Shown piece by piece: positions 30,599 through 44,962 of a DNA stretch of 64,000 bases. The stretch is from Marsupella aquatica (lineage: Eukaryota > Plantae > Marchantiophyta). The stretch is from positions 19,854,803-19,918,802 of the forward strand of contig OZ316895.1 of the NCBI GenBank assembly GCA_973895155.1. Reading direction: 5' to 3'. The notes beneath the pieces were generated by a model. The model searched no databases. It saw only the letters and a program-made list of their open reading frames with translations, and was not told where the DNA came from. The first letter of the stretch is position 1. Every line of letters starts with the position of its first letter. The translations under genes were made by a program, and so were the position numbers.

Positions 30599-33224
30599 GA
30601 ATGTTGGATCGAGCATGCACCAGTAGGATTTGAACCAGAGATCTGTCCTTCCCCATTGAGAGTGATTTGCGCCTTGTATTTATCCTAATACAGGTGTCAG
30701 TCACAGGCGGGCAGCTAGGTATGGTCTATCAATGCTACTTGCATTGATGAGCCTTTATCTTAAGCTTGGTCCTTAATACATAAGTGTTGTCAAAGTGGAA
30801 AGTAGTGCAAACACAAATGCAAATATAAACAGCTCAAAGTGATACAAACTTGATCATAGGTAAAGAACATGCAATCTTTACTATTTTCTGTAGTCCAATG
30901 CCTGTGTGTTTATCATTACAATATCATTAGCAGAAAAGTGTTTGGGGGAAGTGTTGTTTATGGGAATAATCAGCAAGTGAAAGTGTTGTCCACGCAGAAA
31001 GATAATTAAAGTGAAAGTGTTGTTGATGCAAAAGATGATTGAATGCAGAAAAGAATGCAAAAAGAAAATGCAATGTTGTGTGCCTCTGCATTGTATCAAG
31101 ACAGTTCAATTTGAAATATAGTCAGCACAAAAGATTATGGGTGAAAGGAGTAACTAGCCATTGCATTGGAAGGAAATTCTTCCCTTTCCCTTTCCCTCTT
31201 CTCCTATCCCTGTCCCTTTCCCTTTCGTCTCCCTTTCTACTCTCTTTATCCTCTTTTAAAAAACTTTTTCCCCCTTCTCCTCTTTCCTCTCACTTTGTTT
31301 CCTTCCCCGCCTCCCCCTCCTCTTTTCTATCTCCTCCCCTCCCCTACTCTTTTCCCTCTCCTGACTGTCTTGTCTGGTGCATTCAGGCAAGAGGATCTGC
31401 CCCCAACAGCTGGCCTACCCACAAGGACCTCCCATTTTATCCCATCATCTCATCCTCGTCAGAAAACAACTCATGCCATCCATGCCCATTCCATCATGTG
31501 ACCCAAGATGTGACCTACATAGCCACGCCCAGATTCCTTTCACAACCCTGCTTCCAAGAGTGAAAACTCTCCTACTTGTTTGGATGGCCGAAATTGGCTA
31601 TTGCACCCTCCTGTACAGTGTGTCCCTATGGCGGCCAGAGGCACAGGACTGTAAGTAAGAATAGTTGTGCAGCACTTTGTGGACCTGGTGGCTCCTCAGT
31701 CACTTCCCTAACTTTCAGGTGGGCTCTGCCCTATAAAAGTGAGTTTTAAAGCCGACCATGCCCTACATTTGGGTGGGATTGTTATCTGTAGTAACTAGAT
31801 ATTACTTACCAGTCCCAAGCTAGTGAAGGCTCTGGAGGAACAATGTTTCCTTCTGTCTGTCTGTCTATTGTCTGTCCACAGGGACAAATACAGGTTTACC
31901 AATTGTGTCGGGTCCAGTTAAGCAAATGTGATCAGTTATTAATAATGTTTGGATGTGAGGGTTACTATATAGATATGGCAAACATAAACATAAATAGATG
32001 ACAGTCCCTTTTTCATTAGGCTTTCCCAGGCCTAACATGTATCTTCTTGATTGACGTGTGTTTGGTAAAGCTCTACCAAGAGAGAATTGTCCAAATAAAA
32101 GGCTCCTGGGCAGCCTGCCTGAGGGCTTTCATTTGGGATATCTCTTGACAGGGAAAGCCCAAACTTATTTTGGTTCTTGATCTAGATATTCTGAATTATA
32201 TAGTGTCCACACAAAGGGATACCATAGAGACCATCAGGTTTTGGCATGCCGTGCACCAAAACATAATTTTTCTACCTTTGAAATCATGGTGCAGTGCTAA
32301 AAATAATAGAAGATTCCTCAAAAAGTGCATTGATATTTTTCCCAAGTTCAGAAGACTTTACCTAGAGTTTAAATTTTCAATAATTTATTTATTTATTGCA
32401 ACCCTGAATGTCTAGTCCCTGAAAGAATGTCCTGGCTCCATACTGCTTTGTTGCACTTATAGATAGTAACAACCCTGTAACAAGGCATTATGAGCCATAA
32501 CAATACAAACATGAGAGCCTTAGTTCAAGTTTTAAGGGGCTATTATTACACATAATGGCTTCTTAACAGGTTGTTAGTACACATAAAGCCCTAGTGGAGT
32601 TTATAATCTTACTACTTTAATAAAATTATAGGATAACGTTCATAATGCCCCTCCATATTTGTACTTTGCATTCTTGTCCAATGGCCTGAGCCAGAGGGTG
32701 AGTGAGTTATAGTCCACAACACCTGACATGGTTTGTGTCCTCAGAAAGAATGTGATGTAGTTTTTGTATCCAATTTACTTTTTGGCCCCTCGTTTGGCCC
32801 TCCAATGATGTATTTATTTTTTCTCGCTATGCCCTCCTTTCCCATGTTTAGTTCCTTTGGTCCACCCATCCCCAGTTTCCTCCACTCTCGTTGTTCCATC
32901 TTCCTTTGCCCCCTCCTCTCAACCCTTGCTCTTGGTCTTCTCTAGATGTTTTCCCTTGGCCCCAAAATTCACATTTACTTTTCTCTGCTCCAATCCTTGA
33001 ATTCCACCTCCTGCCCCCACTCAACCCAATTCTTGCCTTCAATTGTCCTCATTCCAATCTCATCTTTGCCTTGCCAACTTGTGCCTATTGTTTCACTCCC
33101 AATCAAGCTCCCGATGTCCACCCAGCTTCCACCTCCCTCCCTTCCCTACTGGCTCAACTATATTTTCTTTTGACTTTTGTTCATACGCGCCCACCATCTG
33201 CCTCACCTCACTAGTGGAAAACAA

Positions 33225-33935
33225 TGTATTTTATGACGGAAACAATGACTATTAATCAGGTCTTTTTAACAAAACAATGACGCAATCGTTCTCGTCTTTC
33301 CAGACGCGTCACAACGGACATTTTGGTCACGGTCCTTTTGGAAAAATGACGCTAAAAACATGTGGTCATTTCATACTATCCTAAATGACCGTTTTTATGA
33401 TATGGTCATAAATGCTGAACGTTCCAAAATGACGACACAAATCACCATCGACGGTCAATTGCCGTTGACCGTCGATGGTCCCCGTACCCAATCACACAAC
33501 AACACATGGCAATCAAAAAATAAATAACAGTGGTCATTTTGGACTTGTCCAAAATGACGTACATTATATAACAAATCAAATAGTGACACGTGGTTCAAAG
33601 AGTATTCACCATTTGGCAATATATTTGGGTCATTTTAGACGTGTCCAAAATGACTACGGTATAAACAAGTCATATTGAGACACGTGGTTCAATTGGGAGG
33701 AGGCACGTAAAGATACACATTAGTCATTAATGACATGTCTTGAATGACATAAAGTGAGTCATAGTGGACTTGTTTATAATGACCATGAGAATGGTCATTG
33801 TATATGTCATTCTTTGAATCATTTAGTCTATGTCTTTAATGACCAGAGTTGAGTCATATTGGTCACAAAGATAGTTGTGGATAATGACCATTACATCAGT
33901 CATTCTAGCCAGTCATTCTAGCCAGTCATTCAGGT
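33225..33935. repeat. CACTA subterminal repeat zone (AATGAC/GTCATT motifs in both orientations)
   Basis: Many ATGAC/GTCAT words packed next to the TIR, mirrored at 57630-58845. Confidence 0.8.
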
Positions 33936-34284
33936 GAAGTATTCAATGATTTGGAGAAATTCAAATTTAAGTGATCATGATAGATAAAACTTCATGTCAA
34001 TCAAAAATCATACATTACAAAGCCATTCAATAGATTTGCTGAATGAAAACTTAAAGAAACATTCGATATATATCACAAATCCAATTGACATTCATACAAG
34101 ATACCTTCATAAGTCTCACAGTAACTATTGAACTCAATGCAAATTTATGAAACAAAATTACATTGACATCAATAATATTAGATTGGCAATTGTTACAACC
34201 TAACATACCAATCACTCTGCATGTTTATAGAAAAATAGAGTTATCATTCTATCATGTCTAGTGTTTCTTGACAGAGTGCTATTT

Positions 34285-37154
34285 CTATTGCTTCTTAAGC
34301 AATCTAGAGTTCCATAGGGCATTCATCCCTTTCACATCAGATAATTTAGACTGGTTCTCCCCTGCATTTGGCAAATGGCAATGCCACATCTACAAACACT
34401 TCAATCACACGCACTCGCAAGAAAGGGCTTTCAAAATCTGCACAATGAAACTTACCTTCTCCTGGCAGCCCTGTCACCTCACCTTCTGCCACTATCATGG
34501 AATTGTCCACAACTCTCTTCATCTTCACCAAATCTCCTCTTGCAAACTGTGAACAACACATTTTGTTAAAAATGCAATAAACAGAAATTGAAAGATAGAA
34601 GAACACTCAAATCAAACACACATTTACCTTTGCAATGGGGTTAGGAGACTGCATTGGTTTCTTCTGTGCAGGTGATGCATTTGCTGAGGATCCTTTCTTC
34701 CTTTTCTTCTTTCCCTTTCTAGTTGATGGAGTGTCATCCTGCTCACTTGGAACAGGAGTTTCTTTTGGCAACTCAGATGATTTTGGGGTTACATCTGGTG
34801 TCAACTGATTTGACTTATCCTCTGGCAACTGAAAAGCATCTGAAATGGCTTATTTGGGCAACTTAGATGGCAAAAGGTTCACTTCCAATTCAGTTTGCTT
34901 CAGAGTATTGTTAGCTATGTCAGTTGGTCTTCCTTCCTCCCCTAAAGATGTTGTCATAAAACACACACAAAAGAAATACATAAACAAACATGTATACACA
35001 TATAATCACACTAAAAACATGCAAGAACATTATAAACATGCAATGGCATATACACATCACAATAATTACATTGAATGGACAGTGTATACATGATAGAGAA
35101 TTTTACCTTCATTATCACCTGAAAAAGTAAGAGATCGCTTTCTACTACCTTGTTTGGTAGCTATAGTCAACTTACTGTGACTAGGTACAACTGTTGGAAC
35201 TTGTGCATTACTGGTGTGATGTGCCATCCACGTAGTCATCATGTTTGTCAACTCTCTCACAGTGTCTTTCAACTCATCAACATCCAATTTCACAGCCCCA
35301 ATGGCAGTGATCTCTTCTTTTGAATGTGGGGTCTGTAAATGAACCACAAACCAACACAACATTCTCACTGTCAAACTTACAAACGACACAACACTCTGTC
35401 AAATGGAGAATGATGTACAAATCAAATTGGTATGACAATACTCACAGCTGATCCATGTCTGTTTCCTCGCCCCAGTAAGCTAGCACTTTTACCCTCCCCA
35501 CTTGCCAATGATGGGCTCACCTTTGCTCCCACAAAACTACCAGTCTGACCTTGTGCACTTGCCAATGATGGGCTCATTGTCACCTTTGGCAATGAACCCT
35601 GACTACCATGGTTTTCTTTCAGGTCAGATATACCTGGGCTTGATCCTCTCTTCTGCTTCTATTCAAACACACAATGAATGAGAATCACAGAGTCTATTTT
35701 CATCAAGATTCACAAACAAGACAGAATTGATAGTGAAAATGATACAGGCCACAATTTACCATTCTCTTTGCTGCTGCAACATGCCCTCCTCTTCCAAAGT
35801 GAGAGGTATCTTGCACTCGTGCTCTTTTATCAGTCATCTGTTTACTCAAAGATATCAATGCTGGACTGGTAAAATGAGATACCAAAGCTGCCCATTTCTT
35901 TGGATCAACACCAGATGGCCCAGGTTTGGTTGGATCCTCATTGCAAACTTTCTTCCAGTAACCATGCATTTTATGGCACTCTCTCTTCAATATGCCATGA
36001 CAATGACTCCGGAATTTGGTCTTAATAAATTCCCCACCCACATACTCCCACTCAGCTGCCATGTTATTCCACACTGTGGTTGTATGAACTTGTGGATGAT
36101 CAGTCCATTTTGGCTTTGATACATCAAAGACTCTGAGTACGTTGCCACGAAGTTCCTCCAGCCAGTATTGTTTGTTGCCATCAGAATCATCAATATCATT
36201 GTCATAAATCTGCATTTCACAGACAATGTCAGATCATAACTCTGGAATTTATGCAGAGTCCAGGTTTTATACACACAACAACAGAGAGGATCAGATTTGT
36301 CTAAATCTACATTCAAAAAAAGTACAATACTCACTTTAATGTGTTTGGGAAAATCTCCGCAATCCCTTTGTTGTTTGGCAGTATTATCAAACTGCCTCTT
36401 AGCATGCCTTCGTTCCCTACGCATCTCAGAGGCCCCGCCTGCAATGCACACACATGCATTCAATCAAAAATATGTACATGATTGAAAAGTACAGCAAATG
36501 CACTTGCATATGCATGACGAGCAGATTGTGTATTACCTGAAGATCCTCTAGAATGTAGTACATCAGATTGACCTGATCTGCCTTCAGATGCTGATGGAAC
36601 CACTAAACAAACACACAACACCAAAGCACTTCAATTAATTTCATTTCCAAGTAGAATATCAACTTCCAAACACACCTAAAAAGTAGAACAGTACAATCCA
36701 ATCACTTTCATATAAGAGTCCAGTGTCTGGGTCTTTCCAACATCTCACCAACCCACCTCCACCAGGCCCAGTCTTCTTAGGACCATGATTTTGTTTCTGT
36801 ACCTACATCATGGACAACGTAAGCATATCAACATATAATTTGAAAAAGGGACAAGGATCCCTTCCTATTAGGATGATGAAGTTCAAGCATTACCTGTTAT
36901 TCACTCTCTGGTTTTGACCCTCCAATGTCACAATCCTCACTGTCATACCCAGAAGGAGAACCATAGCCATCATCACCAGACTCTGTCATGTTCACCTTGG
37001 TAACTTCTGATAGTCTAGAGCTCCTCCTCTTTGGCAATGTTTCAGTTGAAGTACCTTTCATCAAAGCAGGCTTTCCTCTCTCTCTTTGTACACGTGTGGT
37101 TGGGCCTCTAAGGAACAAAGCAATCATCAACATACACCAATGCAGATCAAACAT
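34285..37154 (-). pseudogene. CACTA second gene (TnpA/Ptta-like), multi-exon
   Basis: 35703-36215: KWAALVSHFTSP..SLSKQMTDKRARVQDTSHFGRGG (Transposase_24-like). 34346-34550: IVAEGEV..LP..KFH....LRVRVIEV..DVALPF, then LSDVKGMNALW after a frameshift (Tnp1-like C-terminus). Exon structure not fully resolved. Confidence 0.7.
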
Positions 37155-38285
37155 ACATGCAAAATGAATCTACAACACCGTAACACTAGTACTTATGTAC
37201 AGGATCCATACTAGTATGTGACCAATCTGGAATATGAAAACAGAACATGAACCTGACAACTCCATCTACTGAATCAAATTTGCAACAGACATATTAACAC
37301 ACACATCAGCTTGCAGTCTGGCCCCAGTCCTAGATCACGCATAATTTTGACATTATGCTCTATGTTCCGATTTTGGGCCTCCTCATAAGGATTCACAGAA
37401 TGTGACAACCCCTGCAATCTTCTTTTCACAGGCTGCATTCACCAACTGCACAAATGGGTAAACCATTAGTCTGATTTCATATATAGTCCATACATGTAGT
37501 CCATCTATGGACTTCACACACCTAAAACCTATTCATGAATTGCTTAGGCCTGCCCTTTCTTGCAGATCCCTCTACATCTCTGCCTCGTTTGGGACCAGTA
37601 TTTGGTCCTGGATTTGCTCTTGACGTACAGGCCTTAGCCAATTCGATGTGTAATTTGGCATTGTTTTCCATTGTAGCATGGAAATCAACGTCTGTGTAAT
37701 CACCTAACACCCTTGTGGGCCTGGATTCTTTGTGGAGGATTGTTCTCCATGCTATCCCCTTCTCATTGGGGTGGAAGAAAACCTGCTCCACTTGCTTTGG
37801 AAAAACGTAATCCATTTTCTTGGACACACCCAGTTCTCTATGGAAATTCACCTGCCAAAGACCAGACTCGGAATACCTCATACTGGCAGAGGATTTAGGA
37901 GTCCATAATGGATCTGCCCATTTCCCTTTGAAAAGAATCACCTCTTTCCTCAAGTTGCCGTAATTCAGTACCAAGATATCTGTCAAGGCCCCTACATACT
38001 ATACAGATTCTTCTATGGTTGCACCAAACCTGTCCACTCGCTTCTCAGTGGATGTAGAAGCCATCCCATAATCAAAAGTGCTAAAAGCACCAGAATCAAA
38101 ATCACTCAAACACCCCAAGGATGGAATAGTCCTCCAATGGTGCCCATAGGCTCTGCATGCCCTATACAATCGTGCCTTCAAACTAGGTGGTGTGGAGTAT
38201 GCAGATAGTAATGACCGCTCAGACTCTTTCTCAAAATTATGGGTATTGACTAATGTTTGAAACCATTCCCTGAAAGGTGGCAATT

Positions 38286-41200
38286 TGTGAGATAAGGATG
38301 TTTATGAAGGAAGGGTTAACTAGCCATAAATTTTTGAATTTTTAAGTTTAAGATCTCAAATGAGGCTAAAGAGGGACCTGACGACTACTTTGAAGTGTTA
38401 TGAGACTTTCAAGCCCATCTGAGGTCAACCCGGATTGATATTAGAGAAGGAGGATCGACCTGGAACTTTTTGTTATAAGCCTGGAATGAGATATAAAGCT
38501 TATACCGAGACTCTACTCAATAACAGCTGTCCATTGCCAAAGTTTTTAAAACCATAAGTCAAACACAGGCACGACCACAGTAGAATCTGGATATAAGGAA
38601 GGAGAGTCGATCCGGCCTCTCACACCTCTCAAAGCCGAACTTAGTAGGTTTTGAGTTCCCGAGCGCATTAGGCTGTTAAAGCAGTAGAGTGAGGAGGCTC
38701 TACCCTTTTGGTAGAGGATCTTGGGTCCGGATTATAGGACCAATCTTGAATTTCTTGATGAGAGCCTGGATATGAGGGTACTGACTGATTCGTTGTGAGG
38801 GGAATGCCTACTCCGCCGCTGGAAGTGAAGGCAGGAAGTTTGAGATTCTGATTGTGCATACATCGGTGATGAGAAGGAAGGCCAGATCGATCCGGACATC
38901 CACATTGCAGGCCCGTTTGAGTCTATCTTTGCCCCACGTTCGATGCACCTGAATTCTGATTGACGGGATCTTGATCAACGTTTCTAGAAGCGCTTGTCAG
39001 TTGATCAGAAACACCGTAGCCAGGTCGACCCGGACATTTCTACCATTGGTCGACACCGAAGCGATTGACCATTCTGAAGTCTCAGCATTGTAGAGCTCGC
39101 CGACGAGAAGGCAGGCCATTTATTGGGAATCCATTTTCTGCTTCGATAAGTCCTATGGAGCAAGGGACGGATCCAGCCGGAATTTCCACTTCTCGCGTCT
39201 CTAAGGGGCATTCAACCTCAACATCACCTGCACCTACTCCGGTTAAAGCCCCTGTGAGACGATCGAAGAGAAAGGAGGTCCCCATTGCCATGAAAATTCT
39301 GAGGCCAGCTATTCCGGACAGTGAAGCTGAGAAGGTCAAATTGAGGGAGTCTTTGCTCAGGATGGGCTGTGAGTCTCTGATGGAGCTACCCTAGAGTTAT
39401 CAGAGCGAAGATATGATCAGAGAGATCCGATCCAAGGAGTGTCCGGCTGAGTTTAAGGATACCTCCAAAGACCGACCTGAGCGATGGACTCAGATGATGA
39501 TTGTAGGAGCTTTTGTATTGGAAGATGAAGGAGAAGGTCCAGTGGGAAGAGCTGTCAATCTAATCCTTCCTTACTTCAAAGGAGCCATCAACAGTAAGGA
39601 CGGGTTCAATGTTTCTAAGTGTTTGGATCCTGATCTGAGACAAGTCTTCAGCTTTCTGCTACCCCTGCTGTACCCTGAGAAGCCAAGAAGAGTTACTGTT
39701 GGAGTTGGCTCTACCATTGTTGCTGCTTACAAGGGAGAAAGAAAAGTCAATTGGGCTAAGCTTATCTTTGATTTGATAAGGAAGTTGGTACAGAACCTAT
39801 CCAACAAGAGTCCTACTCCCCTATCCTGCTACCTGGTACATCTATATAGCTTTGAAGGAGTTTTGTTCAAAAAGGAGAAGAAATTACTATTGGCCAAGTA
39901 CAACTTCATCAAGTATGGAGAGACAGATCCAGATATCACCCAGGCCACCTCTGATGACAGTGAGGATGAGGAACCAGCAGAGACAAATCCTCGAAAGACC
40001 CGGTCTGCTGCCCGGAACCTCGACCCGGACTTCGTCGATCCGGCTGAATGTCCGGATGCACCCGGCCATGCCTCCCAAGACACCCTAGCTGATTTCCAGA
40101 TCATCTCAGACACGTTCCAGAAGGTGAAGAGGAAGACCACTGTGATGGAGAAGGTCATCACCGACATTTCACAGAAGCTAGGAGTGAAACCAGGGCAGAT
40201 TCTTGAGAAGATCTTCACCATGAGTGATGCCACAGATAAGAAGAAGTTGGAGAAGGAGAATGAGTTCCTCAAGAAGAAGGTATCTGAACTCAAACAGCAG
40301 TTGGAAAGGAGTAAGAAGAAGAATGAGCTTGAGCATACTCTCCAACTCAGTATCACTCAATCTTTGGATCTGATTGAGCCTTTGACTAAAATAGCTTCTC
40401 TGGATCTTCTTAAGGCCCAAATTTATGATGAGTATTCTGCCAAGAACACCACACCCATCCTTTTCTCCAAGATTAACCATTTAGTGGTAGATGTGAGTAC
40501 CAAGGTGGATGATGCACTTACAGGCCTCTCAAAGACCTGTGAAGCCTTAAGGGAGATGAGTGACTTGACTACTGAGGAGCTATTAGCTGATACTGAGATT
40601 CCTCCCTTTACTACCAGATCTTTCTCTCCTAGTCCTCATGAAGGAGTCTATTCCACTGGCCCCTCATCACCCCTCAACCCTCCTGGTTTCCCCACTCCCA
40701 GTACACACTTCCACTCTCATTCTTACACCTATTCTCATGACCCAAGTGCCCATCAGGAGAACATGGATATTGACCCGTCCATCCCTTTTACCACTGGTCA
40801 GCAGGGAGTTTACCTTCGGCCAGAACCCCTTGCTATGGCCAACCCTGAGGAGGATCCTTCCCAGAAGATAGGACCTGAATAGAACTATATTTAGAGAATT
40901 AGAGCCACATTAGTTTAGACCTAGAAATGGCTATGTAGACTAGTATATGAGTAAGTAGACTCCAACATTTTGTTGATATATCCATTGTAGTCTCTACTCT
41001 ATTTTTGACTAGGATAGTTTACTTTTATTTACATACTTCTTTAGACTTGGGTTTTGAAAAGGCATGTCTTTTCATAATCTCCACTTTTAGTACAAAAGGA
41101 GGAGAACCCAAAGTCAACCGGGAGGAGAGAGATGCATTTGATTTCCCCATTTTGATTTTGGATAAATCTATGTCTTTTCTTCCCTTCTTTTTACCATGGT

Positions 41201-41869
41201 TGAGTAAAAGGAAGAAGTTTAGCAACCCTTGAGTTGTTGTGAAATGTTCAATGAATGCTAGAGTGTGCCTATAATGATATTGGAAGATCAATGAGATTTG
41301 TGACCAATACATTTGAAAGATTCACCAAAGAGGAAATTGACATTTGCACAAACTCAACCAAGCAATCTTAAGGATTGTAGGAGAAGTAAACCAATTCGAG
41401 TATCCTAGTACCGTCTTAAGCAAGACCAGAAAAGTGTCCCGGGTTGATTTACATTGTTGTCTTCTAAATTCAATAGATGGAGAAAAGTTGCTACGAGAAA
41501 TCAAAAAGCATAGAAAATGTTGATTTCTGAATCTTAAATTAGGCCATAATCCTTATTGAAGGAGTGGTGATGGTCAAAAATTCAATTCCCTTGCACTTTG
41601 AAAACTCCTATCTACTCTCTCTCTAGTTTAAATTTTTGTTAATTCTAGTCTTTATTATTGCACTGTGAGTCCTAAGGATTACCCACTTGAGTTTGTGGTT
41701 AAACACTTATGTTAAGAAGGTCATTAAAAATCTTTCCAATCTAAGAATGTTGGTGTAAACTTCTCAAATCGTGTTAATTAGGTCTTTTCGATCTTATCCA
41801 CTCCTAACCAGAACAAAATCGAGTTGTTAAGGAGTAAATAGTCATTTATCTCTTTATCACCTTGCTACA
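38286..41869 (+). mobile_element. 3584-bp solo-LTR-like element (TG...CA, TSD CAATT) carrying a long ORF
   Basis: CAATT at 38281-38285 and 41870-41874. Ends TGTGAGATAAGG...CCTTGCTACA. Excision restores the transposase frame (..PADCQE/LPPFREWF). No gag/pol and no internal direct repeats seen. Confidence 0.85.
39155..40882 (+). pseudogene. LTR-internal ORF (~575 aa) with conserved retroelement-accessory N-terminal domain and coiled coil; one TGG>TAG stop
   Basis: ORFs 39065-39394 and 39413-40882 are in the same frame. The stop at 39392 aligns to W in the paralog (LMELP*S vs LLTLPWS). Coiled coil KKKLEKENEFLKKKVSELKQQLE. Confidence 0.75.
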
Positions 41870-44800
41870 CAATTCTTGGCAGTCAGCGGGAAATTCCACT
41901 GGTTTTCTTTGATTGGCAGGCTTCCTCATCCATTCCTTCCGGAAATCCACTCTTCATTTGGTAACAGTCTCATTGGTAGCATCATATATCTTGCATGGCA
42001 ACAACAACACTGAAGACATTAGTGCATGATCCACCATGAATATACAAACACAATGGGGCAACATAATTTAGGGTTTATGTACCTGTACCATGGAGCCACT
42101 TTCTCTTCATTCTCCAATATATAATGATGCATGGCCATCATTTCAGACCAATCCAAAGTTATCGCCTTTGCAGCCCCTTCCAAAACAATGCCTGCAGTGC
42201 CAGCATCCTCCTCCAACTCCCAGGTTTGTTTTCCCTCTTCCTTTGCATCAATCATGTATTCAAAAAGGAATCCCAAAGACTCATCTAATACATAGCCTTC
42301 AGCCATAGAAGCCTCTGGATGTGCCTTGTTTTGTACATAACCCTTCAATACCTTCAGGTTCCTCTCTATTGGGTACATCCATCTGCCTGTAACTGGGCCA
42401 CACAAGTCTAATTCCTCCACTAGGTGAATCATTAAATGGGTCATGACATCAAAGAAGCTTGGTGGAAAATGGATTTCCAAAATGCAGAGAGTGAATGCAA
42501 CATCCATCATCAAATTCTCATACATTGAAGGGCCCCACACCTTTGTACAGATCTGGCGATAGATATTGCTCACCCCAGCTATGGCCAAGCGAACCCCTTC
42601 ATCAAGTAATCCCATTGTTGCCAGAGGGAGAATCTGTTGCATGAGTTGGTGGAAATCATGTGATTTCAACCCAGAGAGTTTCTTGGATTTTGTAACACAC
42701 TTTGCCAAAGAACTTGAAAAACCAATGGGCCCTTTCAAGGTCAATAAAACCTCCAAGAACCTTGTTCTTTCCTTCTTGCTCAGGCAATATGGGGCTGGGG
42801 GCATCAACAATTTGTCATCGTTACGCTTGGGAGCTGGATTGGGTACAAGCCATAGGTGTTGGCGCACCTGTAAGAGCTTCATGTCTTCTCTCATAGAAAG
42901 AGTGTCCTTGGTCCCAATGATAGTGTGCACAATGTTGTGTGCAAGATTCTTCTCATAGTGCATGGGATCTAGACAATGGTTAATGAGTAGTTTCTGCAAT
43001 GGACACACAATTCAGAAATTAGGGCATTGAATACAACTTTTGGCATCAATGGGCAGTAGTTTGTGCAGTGGACACAATTCAGAAATTAGTGCATTGAATA
43101 CAACAATTACAAAATCTGGGGTACAGGAACTATATGAAGAGAATATATTTCAAAGTCATATGAAGAGATTGCAGAAATTCATTGTAGTAGTATGGAGTCT
43201 TACATTCCAATAGGGCAACTTGTACAGACCAGTAGCCCTCTTCACTCCATGCACCTTTATGGGGCATTTCTCATCCTCAACCTTGGTTCCTCCCTTCTTC
43301 AAATATTCTGTTGTCTCGTCTCCCCACTTCTTTCTATCAGAGCTTGTCATTCTACACGGTGTAGGTCGACTCTCAATTGCACCATCAAAGTATTGTGCAC
43401 TGTCTGGTCTACGAAAAAGATGCCTTGCTGCTAACCATCGACTTGGCATTCTCACCCCTAAAGAGCATGCAACCTTTCTCACAGACAGGGATTCTCTCAT
43501 AATCCAAGCCAAGCTTTCTCAATAGCTGCTTTGCAGCATATAAGTTCTTGGGCAGATTATGCTCTGCAGGCATACCATGCTCCCCCATCAAAGACAACAA
43601 TGCATTCACTCCTTTGTTTGAGAATCCATGGCCATGACAGATGTTCAGCAGAAGCAACATGAATGACACAACATCTATTTTGCTGCCTGGGAACAAAGGT
43701 TGCATTGCTGCATTTAAAGATAACTGTGCAGGAGCAGTCTCCATAGGAGTTTTAGAGGTTTCAAGGGGGTTTACAGGATGGGCACCTCCTTCACTCTCAT
43801 CATCCCCAAGTACAAAATCCAAGTCAAAATGGTCCTGATCATCTAGTTCATGCTCAGGGGATTCTTCATTGGTTCTCAGCAACGTTTCTTCTAGTAGAGC
43901 CCTGATATGTTCTTCGACATCTATAGTTGGATACTCTGGAACATCCACAGTTGGATACTCTGGAACATCTACAAATAAATGTTCTTCAACATCTACAGTT
44001 GGCTGTTGTGCACAGGATGCCTGCTGAAGGTTTGCTACCCTCAATGCCTCAGGGCCATGTTGTGACATGTAGTCAGCACCCCACTCTTCATCAGAAGAGT
44101 CCTATCCCTCTCCCACCCACACTTGACATGCAGGGTACCGACCATGTTTAATAAGGTGCAGTCTAGCAGTATTCCGATTAGTCCTATAATTCCCTTTGCA
44201 GTTCACACAAGGGCAGTACATCTTATGGTCCCCACTCTTGTGGCGAGCCTTCTGTTCTCGAACCCACAAAGCATCGTCACGATGTTGTACTCTAGCTGGA
44301 TGGAAGAGTGGCAACTTTGGAGTTCTACCCACACCTAACGTATTCTGTGGCAATTGTGCCATGCTAGCTTGATTGAAATTGTATTCAAACTATGATTTTC
44401 AAACTAAATCAGTGTGACATGCATACAAAATTGGGCCTACCGTCACAATTGTACAACCGATGCCAACCACAGTCCAATTGCTCAAACCCATAGAGCCCAG
44501 TTTCTCAAATCCACTGTAGTGGGGCACCTTCTCCTTCTTGCATACAAATAGAGCATCACATATAGTGTCATCAGAATGATACTATGAACGTAAATCTTTG
44601 TGCCTTCATCATTTCCAGTATTTGTTTGCCTATTAGGAATGTGAGCAGACAGGTTTGGAATAAGTAATGTTTGTGACACCAGTGACAAATTTACAAGTGA
44701 AGTTTAGACATCAACAATGACCCGAGTCACACTCAAAGCACATGCATGAAAATCAGAATCTTACCCTGGAAAAGATAGTAAAGTTGATTTCTCAAAATTA

Positions 44801-44962
44801 ATTGCCTCAATCCGCAATGCATTGTCGTAGAGTGTGTATACATGAGGAGTTCATCAAACTGCATATAAATAGTCCACATGTTTTAGCACTCTGAAAATTG
44901 TTGAAGTCCACGTGAAACCATCAAAAAACTCTATCTCAAGTTTGTGTTCCATCCAGCCTCAA

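Larger units (their letters stand above)
37522..44362 (-). pseudogene. CACTA transposase (TnpD-like), disabled by a stop, an internal deletion and a nested insertion
   Basis: N-terminal YCPCVNC..HLIKHG, LGLDYERIPVCEKGCMLFRGE, LYKLPYW, HCLDPMHYEKN, GLKSHDFHQLMQQILP, DUF4218 FPPSFFDVMTHLMIHLVEE..CGPV..RWMYPIER, YVQNKAHPEASMAEGY, and DUF4216-like VILFKGKW..YVFPKQVEQVFF. Confidence 0.92.

Noticed and set aside
31039-33214. Pro/Ser/Phe-rich ORFs
   Set aside because: Arise from polypyrimidine tracts (31170-31360, 32770-33200).
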